Origin: Setoptus koraiensis
Lineage: Eukaryota; Animalia; Arthropoda
Length of the DNA stretch: 64,000 nt
Assembly (NCBI GenBank): GCA_048013815.1
Contig: CM106585.1
Coordinates: 2,418,001 to 2,482,000, forward strand
Direction of reading: 5' to 3'
The translations under genes and the position numbers were made by a program. How positions within the stretch are numbered: position 1 is the first letter of the stretch; each line of letters opens with the position of its first letter. The notes under the pieces are model-generated. The model searched no databases and was not told the DNA's origin. It saw only the letters and a program-made list of their open reading frames with translations. Shown in pieces: positions 24,150 to 37,600 of the stretch.

Positions 24150-27100
24150 ATGAAACACCGACAGCACCATTCTAACGAACCCAGGTCTGGCCGACGGTGC
24201 AATTCACGGCGCAAGCATCAAGCGCCGGTAGTCAACAATTCGACAGAAATTGAAGACAATGCCACACAAAAGAAACAATCTATCAAGCAGCAAGTCAATA
24301 TTAATGTTTTGCGTTGTTTTTTCTCAGATATTATCAATTGCAAAACGAGACCGCTAACTCCGAGCTCAAATCGTCCCAGATGGCATGTGATAGTGTCCAT
24401 CATAACTGTAGCGCTCTACTACAATTCGCTGTTTGCCGAGCTAGTCTACGATGACAGGTGAGTAACTGACTAACCGAACGTGGAAAAAACAATCAATTGT
24501 TGCTGGTTACCACATCTGACATTTTTTCGTCGCCATCTGAGTTATTGGATGATCTACTTTGTGTTAGCACACATGATGTGTTATCCAGATATCGTTGCCT
24601 AGCAATATAACAACCAGTAGCCATGTTATTGTTCTAGACAATTGTTATTTATCGCACAGATTGTTGTTGATGTTAGAAAAATTAGTAATTCAATGTGTTC
24701 GAGAGAGGGAGACATGATAATGGTGCATATCCATGGTGTATGATGTGGAACTTAATGTAACTGGATTCATCGCCACATATGCGCGTTTTGTGAAATGGAG
24801 CGGATGGAAGCCATGTTGTTCCGATAACAATTGATCCAAATCAATGGAAAATCTTTGTCGTAAATTGGACTGTTCAATACACCAATACAGAGACAATTTA
24901 CAATAATCCTGTATTGTTATTCCATCGGGTCTGCCTTTGGCAGGCTCCCAAAAGCAGGCCGAATTCGCTCAATGTTTCGAGCTCTGTTCTATAGTGGTGC
25001 AATGGTTCAATGGTCAAGATTTCAATTGAATCCTTTGCATAGCCATTGAGCAAAGAGGTACCAGTGGTGGCACAATAGTGACGCTATTGTTGTATGGTAG
25101 ACATAGATCGAGAGATAAGTATTAGATATGGAGGCCACGTTGTGTATTTATGTAAAAGCCAGAATAGCATAAACCCAAAATCTGACTTGTGCCAATGCCT
25201 GGATCTGTGCATGAGACGCTTGATCGATTGCTCCTCGATACAATGCCAACCGAAAATGCCAAAGTTATGGGGTTTCCAATAATAAGCGACAATGAGTCGT
25301 CACACATGGGCCATGTCTCTGGCGTTGTCATTCGAAATGGGTACAGAAAAAACGGTCCGGCAACAAAGATAAAACACAATGACGCTTGTTTGTTGTTGCT
25401 GATCGCCGAAACATTTGCTTTGCAGCTCCAGGCAACTTGAGGCCTGAAGTGAAAATCTTCCAGAAGTCTGGCAATGCATAAGAAAATTGATTTTGGGAAC
25501 AGGGTATAGTGCGTGCTTTCGCAAGAATATTCTCCCTCCCATTATAATCATGTAGGGTGCGTACTATATTGTAGACGCGACACAAACATTCTCAAAGACG
25601 CTGTTATATATCTAGTTTTGCCAGTTTTGTTGTTGACATACGAACAACACCAAGGAACACATGATAAAGTAGAGACATATTTCATTATATTCGCATTAGG
25701 GTCGCGACCAAAATCTAACAGCACTGTAGGAATATCTTTCAGTGCCTTCCAGGGCCTTCAGACATATACCAAATAATGTACGAATCGAATTGCTTTTGTT
25801 GGTGTTTGCTCTTCCACAATGATTGTTTATCTAAACTCATACTTATATTTGCCTTCTGCGTGTCGCTCCAATTGCAGCTATATGCTGCTAAATTTATACC
25901 ACCATATACCTGGTACACATACCTGACTCACTGGCTATATATGTACATTCTCATATCCATCAAGCAACATTTGTCGTAGTCCGGGGTAAACCGACCGGTT
26001 GCTGTTGGTAGCTGCACCTATTTTACATGCGCTTCCGAAGAGCTAAAATCTATTCCTACGATTATTCTTGCGTCTTTCGTGCCTAGTATAACAAACGCAG
26101 AACAACAGTCAAGGTGGCCAGTGTTGTTTTATAGTGTTGATGAAAGTCCGCGTCTCGAGTCAATCTCTCGTCCGTGATCGCTACTCCTCGTGATTGGTTC
26201 TAGCTTTTGCTCTCTTGAAGCCCAACCTCACCCTAATATAACAGATGTAACCGTCATGATTGTCTGCTTTGCATTATGATTTGTATAAAACTAACTGACA
26301 GTCTTATGTTGTTCTGCATAAGTCTGCTCGAGCATGTGACCTGCATCAGGTGAGATGTGCTGTTATTATCATCGTGTGAGATTGTGTGAGGTCGTCCGGT
26401 TACTTTTGTGATGTTTGCCAATGGTCATTGTCGTTTACATGCCAGATGGTCAAATAGAATCCATTTAAAATGTAGATAATTTTCACGCACCGCGGGTAAG
26501 GCACCGATAATTTGATATCAGCAACAAAGGCAGATGCACAACTAACTAGATTATCATCACGATGATGATGACAAAAGATTGTAGCTAATCGCTTATCTAG
26601 AAACATCTCTGCCCTTATTCATTACTAGATGCATTTCGAACAGTGCAGGTTCTATTGAGCTTACTGAACATGTCGCCATTATGCTGATTAAATTGATGCA
26701 GAAACTTGTGCGCCACAATTTGGGCGGGCAGCGAATATTTAAATTCTTGTTTTGTTCGAATGTATCCATTTCAGTTTGACGCTCTATGAGCAACAACAAC
26801 GTCTTCTTTCCAATTCTCTAATGTGTTTATACTCTCAGTTTCATTTGCTCGCGCCGCCGCATCAATCCAACCACCAACTAATGGTATTCTATCGAAATCA
26901 ACTGGCTGCGACCAACAGCCAGCAGGTCTGCCGCCTGTCATCTAACCCACCGAGTGATAGAATATATTGAAAACTCTCTAAAGTCCTCTTATCTCTGTGT
27001 GATAGCTGGTTTAGTTTTGTTATCTATTAGTTACTTGTGTATAATTGTATGTCATTGACCTCATACTGTGACGACGTTAAAGAAGGCTCTCTGGCTCTCT

Positions 27101-30100
27101 TTGTCCAAATGCTTCTCTTAAAATCTACCTATGTGCTCATTTATATAATAATGGCTGCGAAAAACGCACAAAAGGTACAATGATTTAAGATCATGATGAA
27201 CAACAATTCAGAAACAGTCCAGGTGAGCAATGGCCAAACATTATACATTTGTGAGTGTGTGAAAGGAAGAGAGAATCGTGATGATTTGGTTTCGGTTCAT
27301 TCTAAAGGAACACGTGGTGTTCGCCGCAGATAAGAGACGAAAAGAATTGTTTCATAGTCACGGTATTTGTTTTGTGGCGTGCCAACAAATACTGTTGTTG
27401 TTCATAGTTGTTGTTTCATCTTTCCCTTAGTAGAGTAATTTATTATCTCCTTGTGCTCGGGCTGGCAATTGGTTCTATTGCAATCGGTTACACTCCTAGT
27501 TTATACTTATACCTAACATAGCAACTGAATTGGAATTGATTATTTGATGATTATCAGCGTTTGATTGTTCAGTCCAATAGTGTTACCATCTATTCAAATC
27601 TGTTTAGATCCAAGAAGAAGAACAGCAACAACAATAATAATAATAATAATAATTAACCAATAAATGTGTTTCGCTATCTTGAATCTGTTTTCTTCTGTAA
27701 ATTTACTCTTGAATTTGCACAGCGCGGCCATAATAAACAATCCCGATGTTATTGGTAGAAGTGGTCACCATGAAGCAAACAACAATTTGGCATCTTCGGA
27801 GACAGTTGGCGAGTGGCTAAATTTATGGTTCAACGATTATTGGGGCACCAATATACATCACAGTGGAAGCCACAAATCCTATCGTCCATTAGTGGTGATA
27901 ACATTCAAATTAAATCACTTAATTCATGGTCTAGCTCCGTTCGGTTATCATCTAGTCAATTTATTGTTGCATCTTTTGGTTTGCAACTTCATTCTTGTGT
28001 TAACTTCTAGATTGTTCGCGTCAGGTCGAATTCGATTGATGCAGCATGATAATAACAATGGCCGTCTTGTTCCAAGCAACAACAAAAACATAAATGATAA
28101 TGACAACGATCAAACTGAAGTTGCGAGATTTAATTGTGGCAATGATAGTAATGATAACAATGGTAATAATAATGATTACAATAGAGGATGTCTGGTAGCA
28201 ACATTGTTGTTTGTGGTGCATCCAGTTCACGTAGAGGCGGTCACCTCGGTGGTGGGCCGCGCCGAACTTCTTGGCACGCTAATGTTCTTGATATCATTTA
28301 ACTATTACATCGACCATTGTGAGTCAAGATCGACCGTTGAAATTGGTGATAGAAACGTGCACTGGTTTAGCGCACGCACGTCATCACTAGTGAAATCATT
28401 ATTGGCCGCAACGATGGCTTTATTGTGCAAGGAGAACACAATTACAGTGTTTGCAATTAACGCCATCTATGATATAGTGCACCAACTCAAAGTATCATCA
28501 CGATTAGAAGAACACAATAAGCAGTTCGTTGTAACCCCAATTAGAAACAACAACAATAATAGGATAACCGGCGGCAGCAGCAACAGAAAAAAACCAATCC
28601 ATTGTTTTGGAATGGTGTGCCTAATAATGGTTTGCTCTATTCTAATTTTGTCGAGAACATTCATTATGAGTGGCCTACCAACTTTTTCCAAGGCGGACAA
28701 TCCAATTGCAGCAAACAAGAGCTTTCTCACTAGGCTGTTAACATTTACATACTTGCCATATTTTAATTTATTGTTGCTACTATATCCGAAGACATTGAGC
28801 TTTGATTGGTCCACCGAGTACATATCACCCATAGAGAGTTGCACCGATTTACGTCTAATCGAAACAATAATCTTCTATTCAGCATTGGTGTGGCTCGGCA
28901 TCAACATTGTCTACCAATACTACAGAAAATTATTATTGCGAGTTGTTGCACATCACCAACCCTCATCGACTATCAGCGGTAAAAATAGTGATTCATCGTC
29001 CTTACAGACAAATTATTATTATAAGCAACAACAACGACAGAACATCAATTTAAATCATCGAACTCTCGTAACAGCCCAATCGAACTGCAAAGCTGCAACA
29101 TCGTCATCTTTTACCAATCCCAACAGAGCAACTAAACAAAAAAGAAGATTTGCCCGACCATTAAAACAAATTGCGCACACCACTAACGGTAGTTGTGTTG
29201 TAGAACCCTCCAAATCGTCGTCTTTGCTCACACACCAGATATCGATCAACGACGATACGAATTCGATTGCTTTCAACCATTTTGAATCACTTTATCATCC
29301 TCATTCATCAAACAGACACGAAGAACCGCCAAAATCGTCTTCGCCTTGCTCTCTGTCATCGTTCAATAGCTCAGGTAGCTCTGACCATGAACTAGACAGC
29401 GACCTCACCTCGGCCTCATGTCCGACAAACAACCACTGTGATACTATAGGTGATAGCCATTTGGTCAGCGCAACGACATCAGATATAGAGAATGCGCCAG
29501 AGGGTCCAGAAGTGGACATCAATTTGCACAAATCTTGCAGTAACAACCTAAGAGTGAGTAGCAGTGTTGATGACGAGGACGATTCTGGTCTTGATATAGT
29601 ATTGGAAGAAGAAGAAGATTCACTCGAATCGCAGGACCGAGAGATATGGAGTGCTTTTTTTGAGAAAAACAAACGAAAACTTTCATTTGAGGAAGAAAGT
29701 TCGCAAAGAGATCACAGCGAAATGAAAGAGCCACACAAGAGAGGATCGAATGACATGATGAAAGGGCAGGATAACATCAAGCCAACGCGAGAAAAAGTGA
29801 AACTTGAATCAGGCCATCAGCAACAGCAACGACGACGACAGCGACAGACGTCATCCGACGATGGCCTATATTGGAGTGGGGACGATCCGAGAATTGAACA
29901 ACTAACTCTTGGCATGGCCATGCTGACGGTGACATATCTGCCATCGTCGAATTTGCTATTTTACGTGGGCTTTCTTGTCGCTGAACGAACTCTCTATCTG
30001 CCTAGTCTAGGTTTCTGCATACTGATAGCTCTAGCTATTGAATGGTTCTTCGAAGACACTGAGCGGAAAATGAGAGCCGCTAGGTGTCACAGTTTGAAGG

Positions 30101-31634
30101 GTCTCAGCATCTTCAAAGAGTTCTTTTATAACAACAGCCACACATCCAAACCAAGGATTAATCAGATCTGCCTAACTATGGCCCTTGTGCCAGTACTCCT
30201 GTTGGCTTCCTATCGCACAATTTTACGTAACTCTGACTGGATCAACGAACGAGCTCTTTATTCTTCTAATCTAGAGGTTAGCCCATTTAAAGCTGCAAAT
30301 AATTTAGCGATATTTTACACACAGATGTCTGAATTTAGTGATGCTGAGCGATACTTTAAAATGGCTCTGAGTTATAGGCCAAACATGGCTGATGCTCACT
30401 ACAATCTGTAAGTAACTCTTTCTCTCTGACTCAAATATTTTTAGAAGACACTCCTCGATCTCTGAGAGGTGTCTATCGAGACACCATAACTAACTGAAAT
30501 TTTATCTTTTTCACGCATCACAGCGGCACACTATATCATCAACAGAAAAGATTTGATGAGGCTGTCGACCAGTACAAGCAAGCGATAAAATATCGGCCAA
30601 GTCTATCGAGAGCTTATTTAAATTTGGGCATCATCTACGAGAGTCAACATAAATTGAACGACAGTGAAAAAATATATATTCAGTGTTCCAAGTTGAGTGA
30701 CCACAAGCTGAAAGATCCTATTGGTCACCGTCTAACTCAAATTTCGTGTCTTGTTAATTTGGCGAAACAATATCTTGAACACAATGATCAAGCAAGCAAA
30801 GCCATCGAAATACTACAACGCAACGCTCTCAATATTGATCGATACATAGAACTCAACAATTATCGCCTTAGTCCAAGAATGAATCTGTTAGCAACTATAC
30901 ACAATATAATGGGCACAGCATACAAAAAGTTAAAGCAAGATAGTTTGTGTGAGAAACATTTCAAACTTGCTCTTATGTTCAACGAACAAGACGCTTCCAC
31001 GCAGATAAGAATCGCTAAGAGTTTGCTCGGGGAAGCTAGAATACAAGAGGCCAAATCTGTAATTTTAGAAGCTTTGAGCAAGTTGCATCAATATGACTCG
31101 ATTAGTCAAGCAAATCTACGCTACCATTATGCAGATATAATGTACAAAGAACTTTCCCAATATAGTAGATTGAGCAACAAATCAATTTTTGACACCAAAA
31201 AGAATGATATTGATAAGTTTCAACCTATAATAGATCAGCTCAAAATGGCCTACGAACTACAGCCCGATAACTACAATATTGTGTCGCTTTTCGCCGACAT
31301 ATATCGGCAATCAAATAAATACCTTGAGGCCGAAAAACTGTATGCCAAATGTGTGTTGCTAGCCAAGGCTCAGCTAGATCAATTACTATCGACATCAACT
31401 GAAGAAGAAACGAAGAAGAAAGACAAATTCACATCGATTCTTGCTGCAAGTCATTCAAACTATGGCGCGATCTTGCAATTAGTTGGAAAGTTGTATGAGG
31501 CCCGAAGAGAATATAGCAGCGCGCTCGAAATAGATCAAGACTATACTCTAGCGAGACAGAATCTCAAGAATATTAACGATATACTCTTGAAAAGAGCCAG
31601 GCAGCCAGAAAAGAAGCGAGGATATGAAACATGA
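24150..31634 (+). CDS. TMTC2: Protein O-mannosyltransferase TMTC2, 3 exons, 1367 aa
   Basis: Exons 24150-24457, 27723-30407, 30524-31634. Splicing restores LYYNSLFAELVYDD-S-AAIINNPDV. Also NDYWG..HSGSHKSYRPL, HPVHVEAVTSVVGRAELL, FSKADNP, LSFDWS and VGFLVAERTLYLPSLGFC, then TPR repeats ADAHYNL|GTLY..AIKYRPSLSRAYLNLG. Confidence 0.93.
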
Positions 31635-34600
31635 TCTAGTCTAAGTCTATAAACAATTCCTATCATCTTTATCTGTGATCAAATGCAAGACTTTTTTTAA
31701 ATAAAGAGCTAGATTTTTAGCCTGATCAAATTTACCAAATCATGTTATTTACTTTAGAGCTGACGATGTAGTTGTCTTGTAGTATGTTGTCAGATTTCGG
31801 GCGCCGCAAACTAGGTGAACAGGTTTCTTCTCTTGAAATATCTGTAAAAAATAGTATTCACGTTTGTAGAAATATCAACCCTTCCGATACATCAACAACG
31901 CAAGTCGTTTGAAACGACTGGTTTCTCCCTGATAGTTTTCATCAGACGAAAAATGCTTCCACTGCAGGTCTAAAGTGTTGATATAAATTAAAGAGAGAGG
32001 GAGAGCGAGAGAAAGTTCGCCAAATGTTGGTTGAATTTTACTAGCGATTATATCTAGATATCAGTTTCATCACGATGAAAATGGTAGTCACATAATCATG
32101 AAAGAATGCAACATAAATCTAACTTTAGCTCGTGAGTCGACATTTATTGCCCTATTGAATGGGTTCGCGATTCACAATTTTGCCAGCATCAATACTGCAA
32201 GGCAAAACATAGACCATCAAAACAGCAACGACAAACAGCGACTGATCCTAGCATTTTTTTGATCGCCTGCTGAATATACAGTGCCAATATATAGAGCCAA
32301 TAGTGTTGTTCCTCCGAAAAAATAAGCTGTTGGCCTCAATGGCTATCCGATGATAATGCGAAATAGCGAACGAGATCGAAAGAGTGGAGTGCATTGGAGA
32401 ATTGATTATACAGACCAGATATCTGGATGGTGGACTAGATGAATCAATGGCAACTGAGGCAACTCCAGCTCTGATAGCAGCACGTGACGATAACTATACA
32501 GGACTTGATTTACATGCAAAGATCATTATAATGAAAAATTATAATGAAAATAAGGAGAGAGAAAAGAGATTTCTCTCTTGTTCTCGTTAGATCGTCGGTT
32601 AGAGTCAGCTTGGCTGTTTCATTGCAATTGAACGGCCATGAGCGAGAAATAGTGAGTGTGGGGCACGCAGTTAGAAAAATGAGGCGACTAGAAAAGGGAT
32701 TTAAATTGAATTTATAGAGACAAACAAAGCCTAGGAGCGTTGTTAGGCTCGAGCACTCAGTTATAATGGTGTTTTCTTTTTGTAACTTGAACTACGTCAA
32801 CAGCGTTAACGGCCGCCAACAAAAGAAGTGGCGAGAATTGAAAGCAGCCGCTCGATTTGCCTTTGGAGTTAGGAGAGAAAAAGGGACCCCACTGGCAAGT
32901 TTTCGTCAGAGGTTAACTCAACCCACGAGGTTGCTCTTTGTCTGTTCGCTGCTAGATAGTCTCAGATGGCAGACCAAAACTGAGAATAGAGTCTGAAATT
33001 AATTTAACTCCCCTACTTCTGATGTTCAGCATTCGTTTCTGTAGCACACCAGACCGACTCAGCCGTAGTCAGCATTATAAGAGTATCTGGTTGCAGAGTA
33101 GGTTACGCAAGTAGAATGTATTCATGGACACTGGTGGATTCACAAAATCAAAGAGGAGCGAATAAGCTTGAACAGCAACAAACTCTCCTAAATTGTATAT
33201 AACTAGCGAAAACAATAAGGTTTTCCGCCTCTAGGAAGCTGATTCATTAATATCAATTGATGGTTTGTTAGACGATGTTATTTTAAAGCTTCTATCGCAA
33301 TTAAGCTAGATGGAAATATATGTCGCCATGGTGATCGTTCTATCCAGAAGTGGATAATTATTGTAGTGCAGCTTGTTTAGCCTGTATTGCATGTGGAGTA
33401 GGAAAATAGAAAGTGTTCGTATGCAAACGTCTGTACATATAAATGCAAATTCGTATTAAACGATCTATAGATATAAAGAGGTCGGGTGCCTATTGTGTGT
33501 AACGATAGATAATTCGCATAATGATATATAAAATATTCACTCTATTATAGCTTAACTCTTTTTGTTTATACAGTGCCTCTGCCGATGTATGCTTAGGTAG
33601 GCTAAATGTTACCTTGCGATAATGATCGCGTTGATACACAAATAAAGAGATGTGGACATTTTAGGAATATTCCTCGTGTGGAATGAAGCGCAAACAATTG
33701 AGAGAGTGGGTAGTAGAGCGCCCATCGTGACAACCAAACAACCAACGTAATGATTAGGGTATAGTGGGCCAAATTGTCTGGCTTGTCAGCATTGAAAGAA
33801 ATACACCATCTACTAGTACTACAGCTACAACTATAGCTACAACTATAGCTAGACTTAGGAAAACGGGACCCCAATTGAGTGGTCCGATTGCTATTTGAAA
33901 GTGCTTTCCATCACGAGAGGGAGGGGGGATTTGATCAATTCATCTCCATTTACTGGCTTCTTTCTCATGGTGGTGGTCGTCATTCTGACACGCTTCTCTT
34001 GGACGAGCGTGTATTTAGTTACTGTAAAGTGATGAGTTGCAACTCAGAGAAGTGGACAGCCACTGTCGCTCGAATTGGATCAAACAAGAATCTGATGCTA
34101 TGGAACTGTATAGTAAAGTGGTGAAATTGTGAGTGCCCAATTCGTTGAATACATTAAATCAATTACCGCCACTATTACTCTCACTGGTTGTTACATTAGT
34201 TGAAATTGCTTCGCCCCCCAACTAGCACCACCGTATATAAGCCATTTTAAGTTATGGAGCCCACTTAACACACTGCTTGCACTAGACGTTAACATTAGTG
34301 TAGCGTTAGTGAGCAATTGGTTAGGTGGAGAAAGGACAGGACATTCTCCGCGAGAGGGCATCCATGAAGACAGGGGACCCTCGTTGAGTGCTCCATATCT
34401 GTTCCTATTGCCGCTTTCATTCACTCACTCACTCGCCATAGACAGTCGCTAGTGGCACTAATCAAGATGGAGAGATTGCAACAAAAGAAGTGCTGCATTT
34501 ATACTTGCAACATGCCCAACAACAAACATTGCATTATCTTGCATCATGATCATCATTGCAATCGCCATCACTGTATATGTGTGTTACCCACTCAAATTGA

Positions 34601-37600
34601 CGGTTCTGTGAGAAAGAATTCATTTCTATAATCACAAGAATGATGAAATTTCACTCACTTCCGGTCACCACACCCAACGAAACGCAACGCGGCGCAACGC
34701 AACGAGAGCTGCTTTAGAGTTGCTTCAGTTATTGTATTGCCAGTGTGTTTCATTTGTTCTGTTCTGTTTTGTTGGCTGTTTGATGTGCTGTTGCGTCATT
34801 ACTGACCAGCCAACTGACTGACTGTCGGTCCGTTTGCAACATTGGTCGACATTGGCCGACATTGGCCAACATTTGCCAGGCCAGCGACACCAGAAGCAGC
34901 ATCTAGTTACTAGTCTAGTTACTGGTGCGCTCTTTGTTTGGCTGGTTACATTAGTGCATCGGCACAATTAATTGCATTAATGGCATCGAATTAAATCTAA
35001 CGCAACAGCGGAGTTCTATGTGGCGACAACTACAATTGCCACCGGTGGTGCTGCCGCCGCTGCCGATGTAGATTGGATTATTAATGTTGCCATGTAAAAA
35101 TATTATCAGTTTTATTAGGGCTCGTTTGTTGCGTCGTCGTAGTGGTGCTGCCGGCTGCCACTTAAAATGGAAACGTTACAACGTGCCCATACCAGCCTCT
35201 CCCCGGCTCGCCCTGCCCCCGTATCTGCGTCTGTATCTGCCGTCCAACAACAACAACAATCTTTTCTTTCGCTTCTTTGGCTCTCCGCTCTTTGGTTCCC
35301 CTCTCTTTGGTTCGTCTCGCAAATCAACACACAACCGTCGGGTGCCAAGCGGCAGACAACAGAAATTAGCGAGCAATCATCGCCAGCTGCTGCAATGCAA
35401 ATCCATTTGCCGATAGATCGGCCCCACTCACAGACTCAGTCCTGGGGGCCTCACTGGGGTGGCCCGGGGCTAAAAATAAGTCGATGGGCGACGGCTGGCT
35501 GGCTGGCCGGCTGGCTAGCCCGTCGTCTATGTATTATCTGAACTGAATGTGTGTTGCCATCTCATCACTAACGAGCCGTTTCGTGTTTTGTTTTGTTGCG
35601 TTGCCTTGCGTTGATTGCCCCGATGATGTTACGACTTTGAGCAAAAGTGCTCTAGTTGTTGCGGCCAAATGGCCACGCACAGCCATGTGAAATGACCGCA
35701 ACAATACAAACAAACACACTCACACTAGTTAAAGCTACAACATCAATGGCAACAGCACTGGACAGCGTAATCATGGTGGCCCATTCACCGCCAGCAGCGG
35801 CCAGATAGATTTTAGGCCGGGATTGGGCTGCATTAGCTGGTTGATCACAATGAGGGCGCCATAAAGAATCAAGCGACCGATTCGCGCGCCAAGAATCAGC
35901 GAATCGGTGCCAGTAGAAGCTTGATAGCGGCGCCAGTTCCATCAAGTTGCAGCTTGCGCAAAGGATATAAAAAAGCGAGCCCCCTATTCTCTGTATTGTG
36001 TATGTTGTTTCCGCTGCCGTCGTCGTTAGTTGATGATGTTGGCTCTGGATCGATTATGTGGCTCTGGCTTGTCGTTTTCGTTCCTACAGCGCCAGTGTTG
36101 TGAGTGTGTGAGTGTGCTGCTGCTAAAATGAAAAGATAAGGGATGAAATCAGATCGATTGTGTGTTTGTTAGAGGCCATTGTTGGGGGGCGCCGGCAGTG
36201 TTGTTTTGGGGCAACTTGCAGAGAAGAAGTTGCAAACACACAAACACTGATTCGCGCTTGGCTCAACCGCGATCGGCTCTATTTCTGGCCCGAGCCCAGA
36301 GCTACATTATTGATGTCGATCGTTAATGCTGGCTCGTTATTGTTGTTGTCCGTTCACCAACGCAGCGCCGATGTACCAATGTATTCTTGGTATGTGTGGC
36401 ATGGCCAGCAAAAAGGAGCCAAAATGCGGCCCACAGGAACTATGGCCAAATCCGCGGACATTTGATGCTCTCATGTTTGATTGGGGCCCGGAGCGCGCTA
36501 GGTACACACACTGTGCTCTTACAGTGTATATAAATGTATTCTTTTATAACATAACATTGTTTATGTCAGTCGAAAAGTTTTTATGTCGCTATATCAGCCC
36601 ATGCGAGAAAGGGAGAGAGAGAGAGAGAGACCAGCGGTAACAAACTAAAAGTAAGCGCAAAAGTGAAACAACGCCAATGTCCGTTCGCGTCGTTCGTTGG
36701 CCCCATTCATTTGGCATCCGTTCATCTATCAGGCATTCGGAGACGCACCAATTGTTCTTATTGCAAGGTAACTCTCCCTCTGGGGTCCATTGTGGAATCC
36801 CTCTTGAAATTCTCGTCCTGTCATAAACTCTTTACGTCTCCCTCTCTGGCGCTCTTTCGTTGCTATAACTTGAGCCGGTCCAGTTGCAACAGCATCAGCT
36901 TAGGAAACAATTGCCACAGTCAATTGTCAATTGTCAACCATCAAACGCAAAGATCGAGGACACACAATGTGATGTGCAGCGAGTGGGCATTGTGAGTTAA
37001 ATTGAATGCATTGGAGCGACAATAAAAGAATAGCAAATGCCAACCAACATTTGCAATTCTATCGTTGTTGTCGCTGTTTTTGTTGTTATGTAATTCCTAG
37101 CCAGTAGTCATCTACACTCGCGTCTTTTTGATAAAATGTTGTTTTGTGTAGCGAGAGAGAACGTTGCCAGAGAAGTTATTCATTTGAAATAAAATGCGAT
37201 CGCTCCGTAGGTGCATTGCACATGTTATATAGCTTAACCTTTTTTCACCTAAGCATGTCCCGTGAGAGGGGGGACTCCTACCGACTGTATGTCTGACAGT
37301 TTTTGGCAAACAGCTAACAAGTAGAAGGATTATTTGTAGTTGACATTTGCAGTCTCTGTTTCTCTGATACTGTCGATGGAGTCTCTATCGATCTATTTAT
37401 TCTTGTGGACATTCAATAAATGAAATACTGTATTGATAAACAAAAAAAAAACTGCAGTGCCATAATATATTGGCAAATGATAGAATGTCACGATAGCTTC
37501 GGAGGAGTTGAAATCATTAGAATTTGTCCAGTCTGTATCTACAAAATACACACATACGTTTTGGGCGATCAATAGTGGAGCCTTGAACATTTCAAGAATA

